Assembly: GCF_964204645.1 (NCBI RefSeq)
Contig: NC_134025.1
Coordinates: forward strand, 18,079,101 to 18,143,100
Reading direction: 5' to 3'
DNA from: Tubulanus polymorphus
Taxonomy: Eukaryota > Animalia > Nemertea
Length of the DNA stretch: 64,000 bases
Shown: positions 11,153 to 22,649 of the stretch, one piece after another
How positions within the stretch are numbered: position 1 is the first letter of the stretch
Layout: each line of letters opens with the position of its first letter
Notes under the pieces: model-generated
Seen by the model: the letters and a program-made list of their open reading frames with translations, nothing else
Databases searched by the model: none
What the model was told of the DNA's origin: nothing
Position numbers and translations under genes: made by a program

Positions 11153-13155
11153 ATGGAATACAACAAATACTCAAATTTAACCCTAAACGAGCTTAAAATC
11201 ATCCTTCGCAGCAGGAGTTTGAAGGTTTCTTGGAAAAAAGAAGGATCTTGTTGAGAGGTAGGTAGCCTTCAGGGGCGGATCTAGACGGGAGCACGCGGAG
11301 CACGTGCTCTTGTCGCAAATTCTGAGTGCCCTTTTTGAAAAATGTGCGAAATGAAAAATTTTTTAACCCATCTCTTAAAGAATTGTTGCAGAATGTCATT
11401 TTTGTGTCTCAGGTGCCTGGAAATTGCATTTAAATGGGTTAAAATTCAAAAATTTTCTGGGGGAGACCCAGACCCCCACGAAAATAAATAAATAGATTAA
11501 TAGATAGTTGCACTGCAGATTTCTGGATTTCGATTTCTGGGAAAACAGCTTCTAATGTTCTTCTCTAACGTTCGGAGCTGCTGAATTGGCTTTTCCACTA
11601 TGCTGGTCAGAATCGGAGCTTGTTCTTACAGTTATCTTGTACTTTCTTAGATTTTCATTACAGATTAATATTCAATGACGTGCATTTTCATAAAGATGAG
11701 CCCACTGTTGAATACCATATGGATCTCCCTGATTATTCACAGTACAAAGATATTCATAGTCAAATGCTGGATGATTTCCCGGAGGTTACCATGGACAGAC
11801 TGAATGATTATTTGACCACTTGCAGCAAAACATTTGATAAGAAATGTGAGGAGTTATATAATGGGGGGTAGGTCAAAGTTTATGCACTTCTTAAAAGTTA
11901 GTTTTTGTTTAAATGCCTTAACTTGGGTCTACTCATTTGCTTCAGGTATATTCAATATATGCGTACCTGCAAGAGCGATGACAAGATATATGTGACGGAC
12001 AATATATGGGCCGAGATGAAGAAGTCTGTGGCTTACAGGACGGATATCGCATTAGACAAGTTAGGTGTGGTGCAGGAGTGCCAGTGCGAATGTGCGGTGG
12101 GACAGGGTCCGGCTGCCCATTGCAAACATGTTAGCACATCATTGTACGCTTTATCAAGATTCTGTTTAACTGGAAGAATTCTCACAGAGTTGACCTGCAC
12201 GCAAGTACGTTACCAATCGAGTCTGCCTTTTTAAACTTTCAATAGATTTGTTGAAAATGTGGAAAATGATCTCTAATTTTAGGTTCTACAAAAGTTCCAT
12301 CAGGCAAAGGCCTACAAAGGAAGTCCCGTAAAAACAAGAAATATGACTGGAAGTAAAGGCGCATATATATATGATCCTCGCCCACCGTCGAAAAGACCTG
12401 CTGAAAAAATACAGGAAGATACAAGAAACATTATAATCAATTGGCCGGTAAGGTCCTCCATTCTGCTTAAACACATCACATTTATTTAATCGGAATTTAT
12501 GACTGGCCCCTTTTGAATTAATAAGATCAACTTGCAAATGTATATTCTCATAAAATGGCATGGTTGTTAGCAATTATTTTGCTGATTTGTGTTCTTTTGA
12601 CACAGTGATTTGTATTAGAAATTATTCCTTTCAGAACAAGGTAGCAAGACAGCCGATTTTACAATCCTATGGTCCAGGATACAAGGTTTGGCTCATGACC
12701 ATGATTATCAAGAATTTTCAATGGAACACAAGTTTTTGGTGGATGAAAAGGTATGGAAATCACTATGCACCGACATTTTTTTGATGCATGTTGTCTATAG
12801 ATTTGGCTTCAATGAAATGTTTTCCCATTTATAGTTAGTTCGTGTTTGTATGGAAGACGTCAAAGAAATCGAAGAAAGAACTCAAGGTCTAAGTAACAAC
12901 AAACTTTGGATGGAAGAACGAAGGAAGCGGATAACGGCCTCAAATTTCGGAACAATTTGTAAAATGACCAGTGTCAGAAATATAAATCAACTTGTGAATT
13001 CAATGATCTCACCAACAGAATTCTGGTCGAGAAGTATCCAACATGGAAAAAAATACGAGGATATAGCTGTAGATAAATTTGAACGTACAACTGGACTTAA
13101 AAGTAAAAAATGCGGTTTATTCATCTCGGCTAAAACCCCTGTCCTAGCCCATTGA
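11153..13155 (+). pseudogene. SAP + SWIM zinc finger + YqaJ (lambda-exonuclease-like) multi-exon gene, truncated
   Basis: SAP LTLNELKIILRSRSLKVS..KKDLVER; SWIM CQCECAVG...HCKHV; YqaJ RTQGLSNNKLW..ERRKRITASNF..HGKKYE..CGLFI. GT-AG introns near 11258, 11868, 12206, 12448 and 12751. Confidence 0.8.
11270..11490 (+). mobile_element. hAT-like MITE fragment in the first intron
   Basis: Begins CAGGGGCGGATCTAG. Internal GGGGGAGACCCAGACCCCC. Right TIR not found. Confidence 0.4.
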
Positions 13156-13447
13156 CATGATTCATTTCACTTCATCGAACAATACACAATACACAATTGC
13201 CATTCAACAACAATAAAAAGGGAGCCGAGTTTATTGTCACCTAGTTCCTTTCTTGTTGCTTATGTCATTGTTCAAAATGACAATACATGTACTTTAGCCT
13301 ATATCAAACGTTTTATTGAATTAAAGCCTAAAATTACCTTCAAGTGAAGTAGATAAGTAATCGACTTGGTCAAAATGCTCTCCACAAACAGTTGACCAAC
13401 GTGAAGGCGACCAATTATGTTCCCCTCGCTTCACTGCCTGTGTCCAT

Positions 13448-14129
13448 TTATTTCTCAAAATTATTAAATTGAGGAATGCATGGTTTGAAATCACATTCTG
13501 TTAAATTATAATTTATTAACGTTCCAAATTCTTTAACATTCTTCAATGGTAAAATGTTTAATAAACCAGAATTACAAGTTATATCTTTAGTTGCTTCGAA
13601 TGTTTGTGTAGGATCGATTAAATTGCAATAAATATAAAAGTGTGTTAAAGGTATTAAGTTTGGTGTAGCTTCAATATTTGTAAAAGATTTATCTGGAAGA
13701 ATTCCTAACAGTTTAGCTGTAGGTTTTTTTACCATAAATTTATGTTTTTCAATATCAGCCAACCTTATCTTTATTTTGTTAGAACTCTCAATTTTTAAAA
13801 ATCTAATATTAAACCCGGAATTATTACCTGACTTGTGCCATGCTTTTAATTTCTTGTGCCAATGTATCTAAATTATACAATCCTGGTTTTAAATATATAT
13901 AGGCCCATTCATTCTTATTTTTATTAAAAATTAAAAAGGTTAACAGTTTTAAATGTTCAACAGTTTTATTCGATATATTGTAAAATGAGTTACATAAACT
14001 TATATTTACTAATTATAAATCTACACAATTCTTAAATTCTCTATCTAATTGTACTAGTAAATTATGTGATTTATAATTTGTAAGTCTTCTTGAATCAACA
14101 AATATTCTATATTCTTTTAATTCTACCAT
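13448..14129 (-). pseudogene. Putative minor capsid protein (penton, single jelly-roll)
   Basis: MVELKEYRIFVDS..NLLVQLDREF; LKPGLYN; AKLLGI; FYIYCNLID; GLLNILP. Motif order is typical of Polinton/virophage pentons. Confidence 0.65.
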
Positions 14130-14139
14130 TTATTTTACA

Positions 14140-14488
14140 TATTTTCTTATTCGAAATCTATTTCATGGTGCCCTTTTTCATTCTTACCCTTATAAATGAA
14201 ATAGAAATCTCCAGAATATAATTCTTCTAAATCTTCACTTGATAATCTATGAAATCTATCTGGTAAATATGTTCTGAATTTAAATGTATTTCATTTTTAT
14301 CCTTCATATTCTAAGTGGATAACTAATTTATCTCCATATTTGTTAGTAACTGTATCAATATTTGTAATTAGATATTTCTTATGAATTGTTAATTCTGTTA
14401 ACTTCTTAAATTTATAATCTACTGATTTGACATTTGAAGTATCTTTGATTCTATCTAAGAATTCACTGTGTTTTTGTTTACTCTCCAT
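14140..14488 (-). pseudogene. Small viral protein, possibly OB-fold ssDNA-binding
   Basis: KKLTELTIHKKYLITNIDTVTNKYGDKLVIHLE..FRTYLPDRF. Homologue at 42140-42486. Function is inference. Confidence 0.45.
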
Positions 14489-14547
14489 TTTAATAACATA
14501 TTTTTTATTAAAATTGATATTAGAAGTTATTAGATGAATATTTTAAG

Positions 14548-14669
14548 AGTAATAGGGAATAAGTTGTTTCAAGTCAAAGGTTGAAGGGTCGGAAAATAAA
14601 TTCGAGTGTGCGAGAATTTATTTTTCGACCTTTCGACCTTTGGCTTGAAACAACTTATTCCATATTACT
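14548..14669. repeat. Terminal hairpin of virus copy A
   Basis: Two 56-nt arms with 51/56 complementarity and a 10-nt loop GAGTGTGCGA. Bounded by AGTAAT...ATTACT. Confidence 0.92.
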
Positions 14670-15034
14670 ATCGTTAACCATCGAATTTTCAAAACTTTTT
14701 TAATGCCTTGGTGACCACTGGTCTAGTACGCGGTTTTCTAAAACAAAAGTGACAAAGTTTAAAGAACAACTATTGTAACAAATGATTTCAAATATTAGGA
14801 GCCTAATGCGTTTAATGATTTAACTAATTGGTATCGCACTGATTGGTTGAAAGACGGGTGTCATCTTGCCTGTGACTTAAGACATGATTAAGTAAAGGAA
14901 TACTTGGATTTGATAATACGTAGAAGCTTCCCTCAAATCGGTCGATAAGGTCAAATGCTTTTCAGAAATCGAGGGAGAAACGCACTAGCTAATAGGATGG
15001 TTAAATTAAAGCTGTGGGTAGCTTGGTGTCTAAG

Positions 15035-15250
15035 TGGGTAGTGTACTGTGTGCGACGAGAGAAATCCAACAGTAACGAAGCCAAGATTGAAAAACTCTAT
15101 ATCAGAATGATTATATTTGAGGAGCGACGTTTCGGCTAACAACTGTAAGCCATCATCAGGCGTACTGATGAGTCTCATTCTGATATAGAATCTTGGCTTC
15201 GTTATTGTGGGATTTATCTCCTTTTCATCATACACGGATAATGTGTATCT
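15035..15250 (-). mobile_element. Penelope-like pLTR remnant with inverted duplication
   Basis: 15062-15110 is the reverse complement of 15175-15215, flanking a hammerhead core. Confidence 0.7.
15122..15164 (-). ncRNA. Minimal hammerhead ribozyme
   Basis: Minus strand reads CTGATGA-TGGCTTACAGTTGTTAGCC-GAAAC-GTC. Confidence 0.75.
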
Positions 15251-15454
15251 TCTCGTCTGATCTGTGTGCATTTGTGGCCAGCACGGCAGATCACAACGAT
15301 CATAGTTAGTGTAGTAATATACGCCAGGGAGAGGCAACATCTGAAATACGTTGAAAAATGCCAATATTTCAAAATTGTTCGTGTGTTCAAAGATCCATCT
15401 TAACCACGGGTCCCCCAGTATGTTGATAAAAACGTTGAATCACTAGATGCACGA

Positions 15455-16816
15455 CTAAACTAAGGGTCCAGGGACACCATGCCCACTTGGAAGTGGTTTC
15501 AAATGCTCAACAATCGAACAATATCAATATTCAATGCCCCCATCCAATGACTTTGAAAAAATACAATGACCTTGAAACTCACCACAATATCAGTAGCTAC
15601 GATTTTGAAATTGATTGTGCAAACAAAATATGCCAAGTTACCACTATCATATGGAAATACTAAGTTATTCTACTATACAACGCCCCCTGGTGACCATATG
15701 CAAAGCCATATGACTTTGAAACTGACCATAATCATAGAACATGTCATGAGCTACAACTTTTCAATTGGTCATGGTAACAAAATATGCCCAGGTGCCAATA
15801 TAATATGGGAATACTTATGTTATTGTATTTTTCAACGCCCCCTGCTGGCCGTATACAAAAACCAATGACCTTGAATATCACCACAATTATAGACCATGTC
15901 ATGAGCTGAGCTTTCCAATTGATTGAGGTACCAATATAATAAGGAAATACTAAGCTATTCTACTTTTCAACGCCCCCTCCCCCCTCGGTGACTATATAGA
16001 ATGACTAATGACCTTGAAACTCACCACAATCATTGAACACATCATGAGGTACAATTGTTCAATTGATTGTGGTGACAAAATATGCATAGGTACAAATATA
16101 ATATAGAAATACTAAGTTATTGCATTGTTCAATACCTCCTGGTGGCCATATACATAAACCTATGACCTTGAAACTCACCACAATCCTAGATCACGTTATG
16201 AGCTACAACTTTCGAATTGATTGTGGTAACAAAATATGCTTAGGTATCAATATAATGTGGAAATATTTTTTTCCACCTACGAATGAGTACCGATTACACC
16301 AAGATGGCCGCCGATTGCGTCACAAATGGCTGATAAAAAATACCAGTATCAGGTATAAAATAACACTTTTCAAAGAAAACCCATCACAAATTGCAATTCG
16401 GAAGTTACAGGACTCGGAATTCAGGCCAAAAATGACATTTTTTTCGGCACAAAAAGGTCTCAGGACAGCCATCTTGAGTCCGATCGACCCAATTTTTCTC
16501 ATGTTGATGAACCCTTGGGGGATACAAATATATCTAAAAGATCAAGGTAATTGGTGAAAGCGAGTTCAAAAATGTGTAGAAAGTGCTAAATTTGGCGAAC
16601 AACAATGGCTGCCAGTCGGCCATCTTGAATCTGAGAGGGCCAGTTTTTTGGGCTGTAGATGTGTCTAGGGTAGATACATGTATAAACCAAATATCAAGAC
16701 ATTACCTTGGAGCGTCTTCAAAACTTCCCAAAAAACTGGATTTCTCTACGGACGGACGATGGACGAAAAGTGAATGCAATAGCCTGCTGGGACTAAAGTC
16801 CCAAGTGGGCTAAAAA
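15455..16816 (-). mobile_element. Non-autonomous Helentron-type element (HINE/DINE-1-like), family II, with internal ~150-bp tandem repeats
   Basis: Minus strand: 5' GCCCACTTGGGACTTTAGTCCCAG, GTCC microsatellite, repeats of ATGACCTTGAAACTCACCACAAT (plus-strand reading), 3' subTIR TTCCAAGTGGGC with a GTCC/GGAC stem-loop and CTTAGTT. Homologous to 29036-30296. Confidence 0.8.
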
Positions 16817-18661
16817 TGCGAAAACGCTGTCAGAAATTGATTTAATCATGTAGATGTAAAATCGTAGAAAAGGTGGCCAGGTTGGCGGGTTCATGTAGGC
16901 TATTTGACGCTTTTGTTTTGAGCGCCGCGAACACGGTACAGCGAGTGGAGTGCACATGTGTGGATTGTGTTTACAATAATGCATAAGAATGAGGAGCGCG
17001 CAGTCCAAACATATGGCGGAAACTCTCAAACATGCAATTGATTATCGGCACTTTATAGCTGATAAGTTATGAATATATACCAAAAAAATCATATATGATA
17101 TTTGGCATTCATTGCCAGTTTCAATGATGCGCGATTCTCGCGAGATTTCAACAACAGGGAAGTAACATCTGGTAAATCATGACTTGGATTGAACGACTAA
17201 CTACAACCCCTCATTATTTCTCCAAAACCAAACGTTCCGCGCTGACTACAAATTATACTATAATTTAGCTATAATTTTAGAGATGGCCATAATTTCAGCA
17301 TAAGTTGTATATCATTATTATATTCCAATTGTGAATGCTAAAATGTTTTTGTAAACGGCCAATAAGGCTTCATGTTTCGTGTGCACTTAGCTGCAAATAG
17401 TTACGTACTACGCAAATTTATATGTTTTTACCGCTGTACACTCAATAATGACAGTTCGTGACTGACTTCACTGCGGCATTATCATTTATTAACATCGCCA
17501 TATCACATCATCTAGTTATATTGTGTCTTGAAACCCTAACAGCTTAAATAATTGAAATTCATGTACAATTTCTAAGGTTGAAAATTCAATAGGTGACCAT
17601 ATTTGTTTCTGCTGCTTCGTGTAAATCCCGCCTGGCGGCGAGTGGGGCCAATACGTCTAGAAAGTCTGCAAAAAGCTTCTGAATTTTGATATGGACGAAA
17701 TGGTTTAAAACAGCATTTAGTACAAACATCTGGTCGGTCTTCTACATGACGACCAAAAACCGGCCTGTGATTCACCTATGATAGAGTACGATTCACACCA
17801 TGACGATAACCTGTCATTCATGCCGGTGGAGAATAGTTTACCAACAAGAGCCCCATGGAGCTTGACGCGGCAGCTTCACAAATTATAAATGACCTTTCCT
17901 TCATTCAATTTCAAATATTTCAAATATGCTAGAGGGGCATATCTAGGAACGAATCCACGGATCCATGAACATTGAAAAGGGCAAGTTAAGTATCCATGCA
18001 CAAAATATTTAGCCCGGGCGCGTTTGGAGGCGGAGGCTTTCTCTAACACACTTCTTAGAGGTTCATACGCGGAGAAAATGGGCCGCCAAAATATTTCCTC
18101 AATCGACGATTTTTTTCACTTTCACATGTGGAACTTAGGCAATTTTACCTTCAATCATCATAGGGTCGGGCCTACCCAACCAATGTTTGCTTCCGATGTG
18201 TCTGTTAGATGCGTGTTCTTTGATCACAGGTGCGTCGGCATGTATCATATTTACATTAACACGTTTGACAGGTGCATGTTACAGGATAAAAACCACCATG
18301 TTACAGGATAAAAACCACTCGCAGTGAAAAGACTGCATTTTTTGCTAATTTTGAGAATTGCATAAACGCGGCTTATTAATCGGGCTTATCGACTTGGAGC
18401 AAAACTTTTGTCGGAAGATTTAAATGAACGCTAGTTAAAGATGATGAAGCGGGTTTGAAATTGAATTTTTCTCAGCTGTTTCAACAGTAGCTAAGCTAAG
18501 TTTCGCTGATAGCATTTTATTTTAGTGCAAAGCCAGTGCAATAAACAGCCCCGCAGGGGCTTTCGGCAGCAGAGCTGCCGCTGAAAATGGATAAAATAGT
18601 AATTTCCCTATACTGGTTCATTTGCTACATTTCGTGGCCCACTCTTATGTATGGGCGATAT

Positions 18662-18745
18662 TTATCCTTGACTCCATGCCTCTGGGTAAAAGCCGCTATC
18701 TAAAATGATATTGAATAAAATTGTTATTTGCTGATTAATCGGTTG
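18662..18745 (-). pseudogene. Short LINE ORF2 (pre-RT) remnant
   Basis: ITILFNIILDSGFYPEAWSQG matches the LFN..L.SG.FP..W motif of non-LTR retrotransposons. Confidence 0.5.
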
Positions 18746-20002
18746 CTCTCCGGCAATGAAAATTTCTCCTTTTAGTCCATCGATCGGGAAAACCGGCTTA
18801 CTATTTATAGTGATAGTGAAGAGATTCTGCGATTCCGTCATTCTGCGATATGACAACACCGGGAAAGTGCATACAGCTAGATCTGACATTTAATCTATGA
18901 TTTATGAAATTGGCGATCCAAAACTGAAAGTGTTATCAAGTTTGAAATGGTTAACATTCTAGTGCGAGTTCAAAAACATCCAATATCAGATATCAGCAGA
19001 GAAAGGTTCAAACATAATTCAGTACTGATACCAGGAACGGTGAAATTGTTCTAAACATTCTATAGCTGCTGTTGTTACACATGAATTATTGATTGAATGA
19101 TTATTATTTTCGATATATACTCCCTACTTCAGTATAAGACACTCTTAAGACGCCAAAAACTTGTCGTATTCTGAACGGACAGTTTAGAAAGAAGACAGAT
19201 TCCTGACGAATATAATAAAGTGGGCTATTGTAAATGCGTCTAATGTCTTGGGGGTGCCATCTTTAAAAGCATCGAAACCCTAGCAAACCTCAATACTTCG
19301 GGAAGGTGGATCTCTGCCGAAGCGAAATCGTAACAAATGCATTGGATTAACGCATGCTGGCTTAAGTTTAGTTTTATTCGATTCGATATTAATTCATGAA
19401 CTAATAATTGCAATCACTTATATGCCCTCGTACTGGTTCATTGACTAAAGTAAGAAGATTACATCGAAAATGAACCGAACATCTTTTCACAGGAGTCATG
19501 TAATGCATAGGCAAAATGAATTACCCCGAACATGAACTACTGTAGAAAGTTGTGTTTTCCAAGATTTTGATTTGCCTAACTTATTTAGCAGGCAAAAATG
19601 AATTATTCGTTCATTTCCAAATTGTTTGTATTCCTGGTGTTATCTTGAATCTTTGGGTAAAGACCAGTCGATGGTCCGACGAGACAGCTTTTGCTAAAAA
19701 GCAGGAAATCTTACTCTTGAGTTAATTCTTTGGTTAAGTGTTGGTCTGTCGAATCCTGAGCGGAAATATTTACTAATACTATCGAATAAGTGTCAAATAG
19801 GATGTGAGGTAGGGTGTCAGAGTTAACATTGACAGGTGCATAAATAATTTCATTGAATTTTCATATCTAGTGCACAGGTGTAGGAAGATATTTCATACGT
19901 TGTTTTTGATCCAATTTGACAAGATCCGAACATCCGACGATTGTAGACAGTTTTCAAGGCACACTGAGCGACTGGAAGATTGAATTCAACTACAAAATTT
20001 AC

Positions 20003-20248
20003 CTTCGTAATCAATTTTTCCGTCGTTGTCAACATCCGCTTCGCGGATCATCTCGTCAGCTTCCTCGTCAGATAACTTTTCCCCTAAATTTTTCATTACG
20101 TATTTCAGCTCTCTTGCATCGATGAATCCATCGTGATTAAAGTCAAATCTATCGAATGCTGCCTTCAATGCCGCTTCTTCGTCTTCCTTTGTTTTCTTCC
20201 GTTTGGCAATAACACGACAAAACTCGGCGAACTCTATCGAGTCATTTG
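20003..20248 (-). CDS. Exon of a host calmodulin-like EF-hand gene
   Basis: Canonical EF loops [12 protein letters not shown] and [11 protein letters not shown]. Acceptor TTCCTTCCAG and donor GAAG|GTAAAT. Too divergent to be canonical calmodulin. Confidence 0.85.
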
Positions 20249-20389
20249 CTGGAAGGAAAAACAATAAACGTACAGAACATTGAGCATTACGTGTCCCATA
20301 AAATTTTGTAGAGTATGGTGTCTTTGTGTGTGGTTTCCTACTGATTCTACTACCTTTAAGGCAAAGTGGGACATTGATGGAATATTTCT

Positions 20390-20735
20390 AGCGCCATCTT
20401 TAACTTTATCTTGTATAGAATTATCATCATTTGTTGGATTATCTGGTTTATTAGGAGTAGGTGTAGATTTTAATGAATTTGATATAGCTTAAACTATTGT
20501 TGTAAATATCATAGTTAAAGCTGTTAGAATTGAAAGAATTGTTATAACTTAAATAATTATTTTATTCTATCTTTTAATGATATTTCAGAATTTTGGTTTT
20601 ATTAACAAATTTTTGAAAATAACTTTTAATCTATTGACATTATAATCATATGATTTTAATAATACATCTTTTTTTCTTTCTTTTATTCTATATTATATTT
20701 TAAATCATCAATTTCTTTTTCTAAACTTTTCTTTT
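20390..20735 (-). mobile_element. Polinton-like virus copy C, left fragment
   Basis: Homologous to 5425-5780 and 59325-59670. Continues collinearly at 39630. Confidence 0.85.
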
Positions 20736-21148
20736 TTAGGGTTTTCTGTTGCTTCACAGAAAACCCTATTGAAATTCGCGTGATTATTAGGGTTTTCTGT
20801 TTTTTTCACAGAAAACCCTATTGAAATTCGCGTGATTATTAGGGTTTTCTGACTTTCGTCGAAAACCCTTTTGTAATTCTGTTGATTGTTATTATTATTA
20901 TTTACATATTTTCCCCTTTTTTCGCACATAAAATTCATCTTCTATCAGATTCGACAACTAACTGCTTCTAATTGAAATGTAGAATTCTGATAGTAATATA
21001 ACACGCATTCGCTCCGCGTAGATTATACCTATGCACTCTCCGTCCTATTTTAAACTTAAAATTACTTACTGAAAGATAACACCGGATGATAGTAGCAATC
21101 GCGACTCGCCCTGTCCGGTACTCCCACTAATGATAAAAACAGCGTCCT

Positions 21149-21220
21149 GTCCTGTGGCATGGTGGATAAGGTGTTTGACTCCCAACTGAGAGGTCGAGGG
21201 TTCGAATCCTAGTGAAACCA
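21149..21220 (+). mobile_element. tRNA-derived SINE head / Pol III promoter inside a HINE
   Basis: A box TGGCATGGTGG and B box GGTTCGAATCC. Acceptor stem does not pair. Confidence 0.6.
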
Positions 21221-22649
21221 TGCATTATCACAGTGCCGGCGCGCAACAATTGTTTTATTAATGAAACAACATGGTGGATGGTTGAAATTATTTTCGGCTT
21301 AAATTTATCGCGAGTTTTAGGACTTTAATGAATTTCACGAAACCATGATTTCTAAAATGAGTCAATTGATTAATTCTATTCGTAAATCAATTTACGTTGG
21401 CTACATTTCCTGAAGATTTCGGGGTCAAATCAACGTGATATGGACAGAAATTGTAGGAATTTTCACACGGAATTTTACTTCCGCGTTCAGTTGACGACTC
21501 GTATCGATGACAACGACAGCGGAGTTTATGTATCTATAACGGATATTCCGTTATAGCTCTACGATGTATTTTAAGGTGAGAATCCGTTAACCAGGGAATG
21601 TATTAAATGATTTCTTTAATAATATGACTATGGTAGCAAATGAGTAGGCCTACTCGGTGAAGCAATGATCATTGTTGGCTACTTACTTAATGCCTAGCTT
21701 TTTTGTTATTTCACAGAAAACCCTATTGATATCCGCGTGATTATTATTAGGGTTTTCTGTTATTTCACAGAAAACCCTATTGATATCCGCGTGATTATTA
21801 GGGTTTTCTGTTATTTCACAGAAAACCCTATTGATATCCGCGTGATTATTATTATTATTATTTTCTTCCACACTATTTTTACCAAAAGAACATAGGCTTT
21901 CTTACCTTACCGCTGTTTCATTTACAATCTATATAATATCGTTCAGCTCACTGAGATCTACAAATAGCCCGCGTGTTTTTTCACGAATCATCGTTACAAA
22001 AGCGCTGTCGGGCCGTAAACATCGAAAATTTAGCCCCATTCAATGGGGCGACATGTTTTTCGAGTCGTCATCCCGAAATCAACCCGCAGGCCGACTGTCA
22101 CTTCGATTATCAATTCAAGTTTAAATGAACTAATTTATTGCCGCAGACTTCACATTCAGTCGCGGTCTTCAAACAGTGATTTTGACAATAGCCCATTTTC
22201 CTCATCAAATCATATTACCGATACACTGGAAATTTACTACTTTAGATTTTAAAAGCACTGTCGAGCCGTAAACATCGACAAATCGATTGTGTTACTACAT
22301 CGTCGTTCCGGGGATCAGCTGCGAGTTTCTCCTCATCATGAACCTACGTGAAGTGAGCCTGTTATTCCAGCCTCGTATTCAGATATAGTGTGTACACACT
22401 GTACAGCTGCCTGTAGATACTGGTTGACATGAAATGTATAACTTAGCATGACGGAGCGATGATAACTAACGTTAACGTTAGTATATAGCATCGGATACTG
22501 ATACTCAAATTTCTCTGAAACAAAAACTCCAGGTTTCGTAAAAACTGAGTATATTACTGAGAAGCTCGATTGTTCAAGTAGATATATAAAGTAAATGTCG
22601 GGTGCATCGATTTGTTCAGGTATTATTTCAACTCACGATTGCATCATTC

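Larger units (their letters stand above)
11036..13446 (+). mobile_element. DNA transposon remnant carrying a spliced SAP-SWIM-YqaJ exonuclease gene (ISL2EU/KolobokP-type accessory gene)
   Basis: Higher GC than the flanking virus. Replaces ~350 bp of viral sequence present in copy C. Ends ...GTCC|AT. TIRs are weak. Confidence 0.7.
555..14669. mobile_element. Endogenous Polinton/Maverick-like DNA virus, copy A (left part cut by Penelope, right hairpin terminus intact)
   Basis: Dense, intronless, very AT-rich gene block with integrase, packaging ATPase and capsid-like genes. Ends in ...ATTACT, consistent with the 5'-AG..CT-3' Polinton end. Confidence 0.85.

Noticed and set aside
555-14669. Claim that the virus lacks DNA polymerase B
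   Set aside because: No copy is complete in this window and the left arm of A lies beyond the Penelope insertion, so absence cannot be concluded.
555-14669. Bacterial prophage or contaminant
   Set aside because: Chromodomain integrase, no Shine-Dalgarno pattern, and interleaving with spliced genes and animal transposons.
14951-15364. 137-aa ORF
   Set aside because: Spans the non-coding Penelope pLTR and hammerhead. No recognisable domain.
17840-18600. Possible further HINE ends (AACAAGAGCCCCATGGAGCT; GCCCCGCAGGGGC hairpin)
   Set aside because: Matching opposite ends could not be identified, so they are not called.
21149-21220. Functional tRNA-Gly gene (also 53074-53145)
   Set aside because: A and B boxes are present, but the acceptor and anticodon stems do not pair. 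It sits inside a repeated element.
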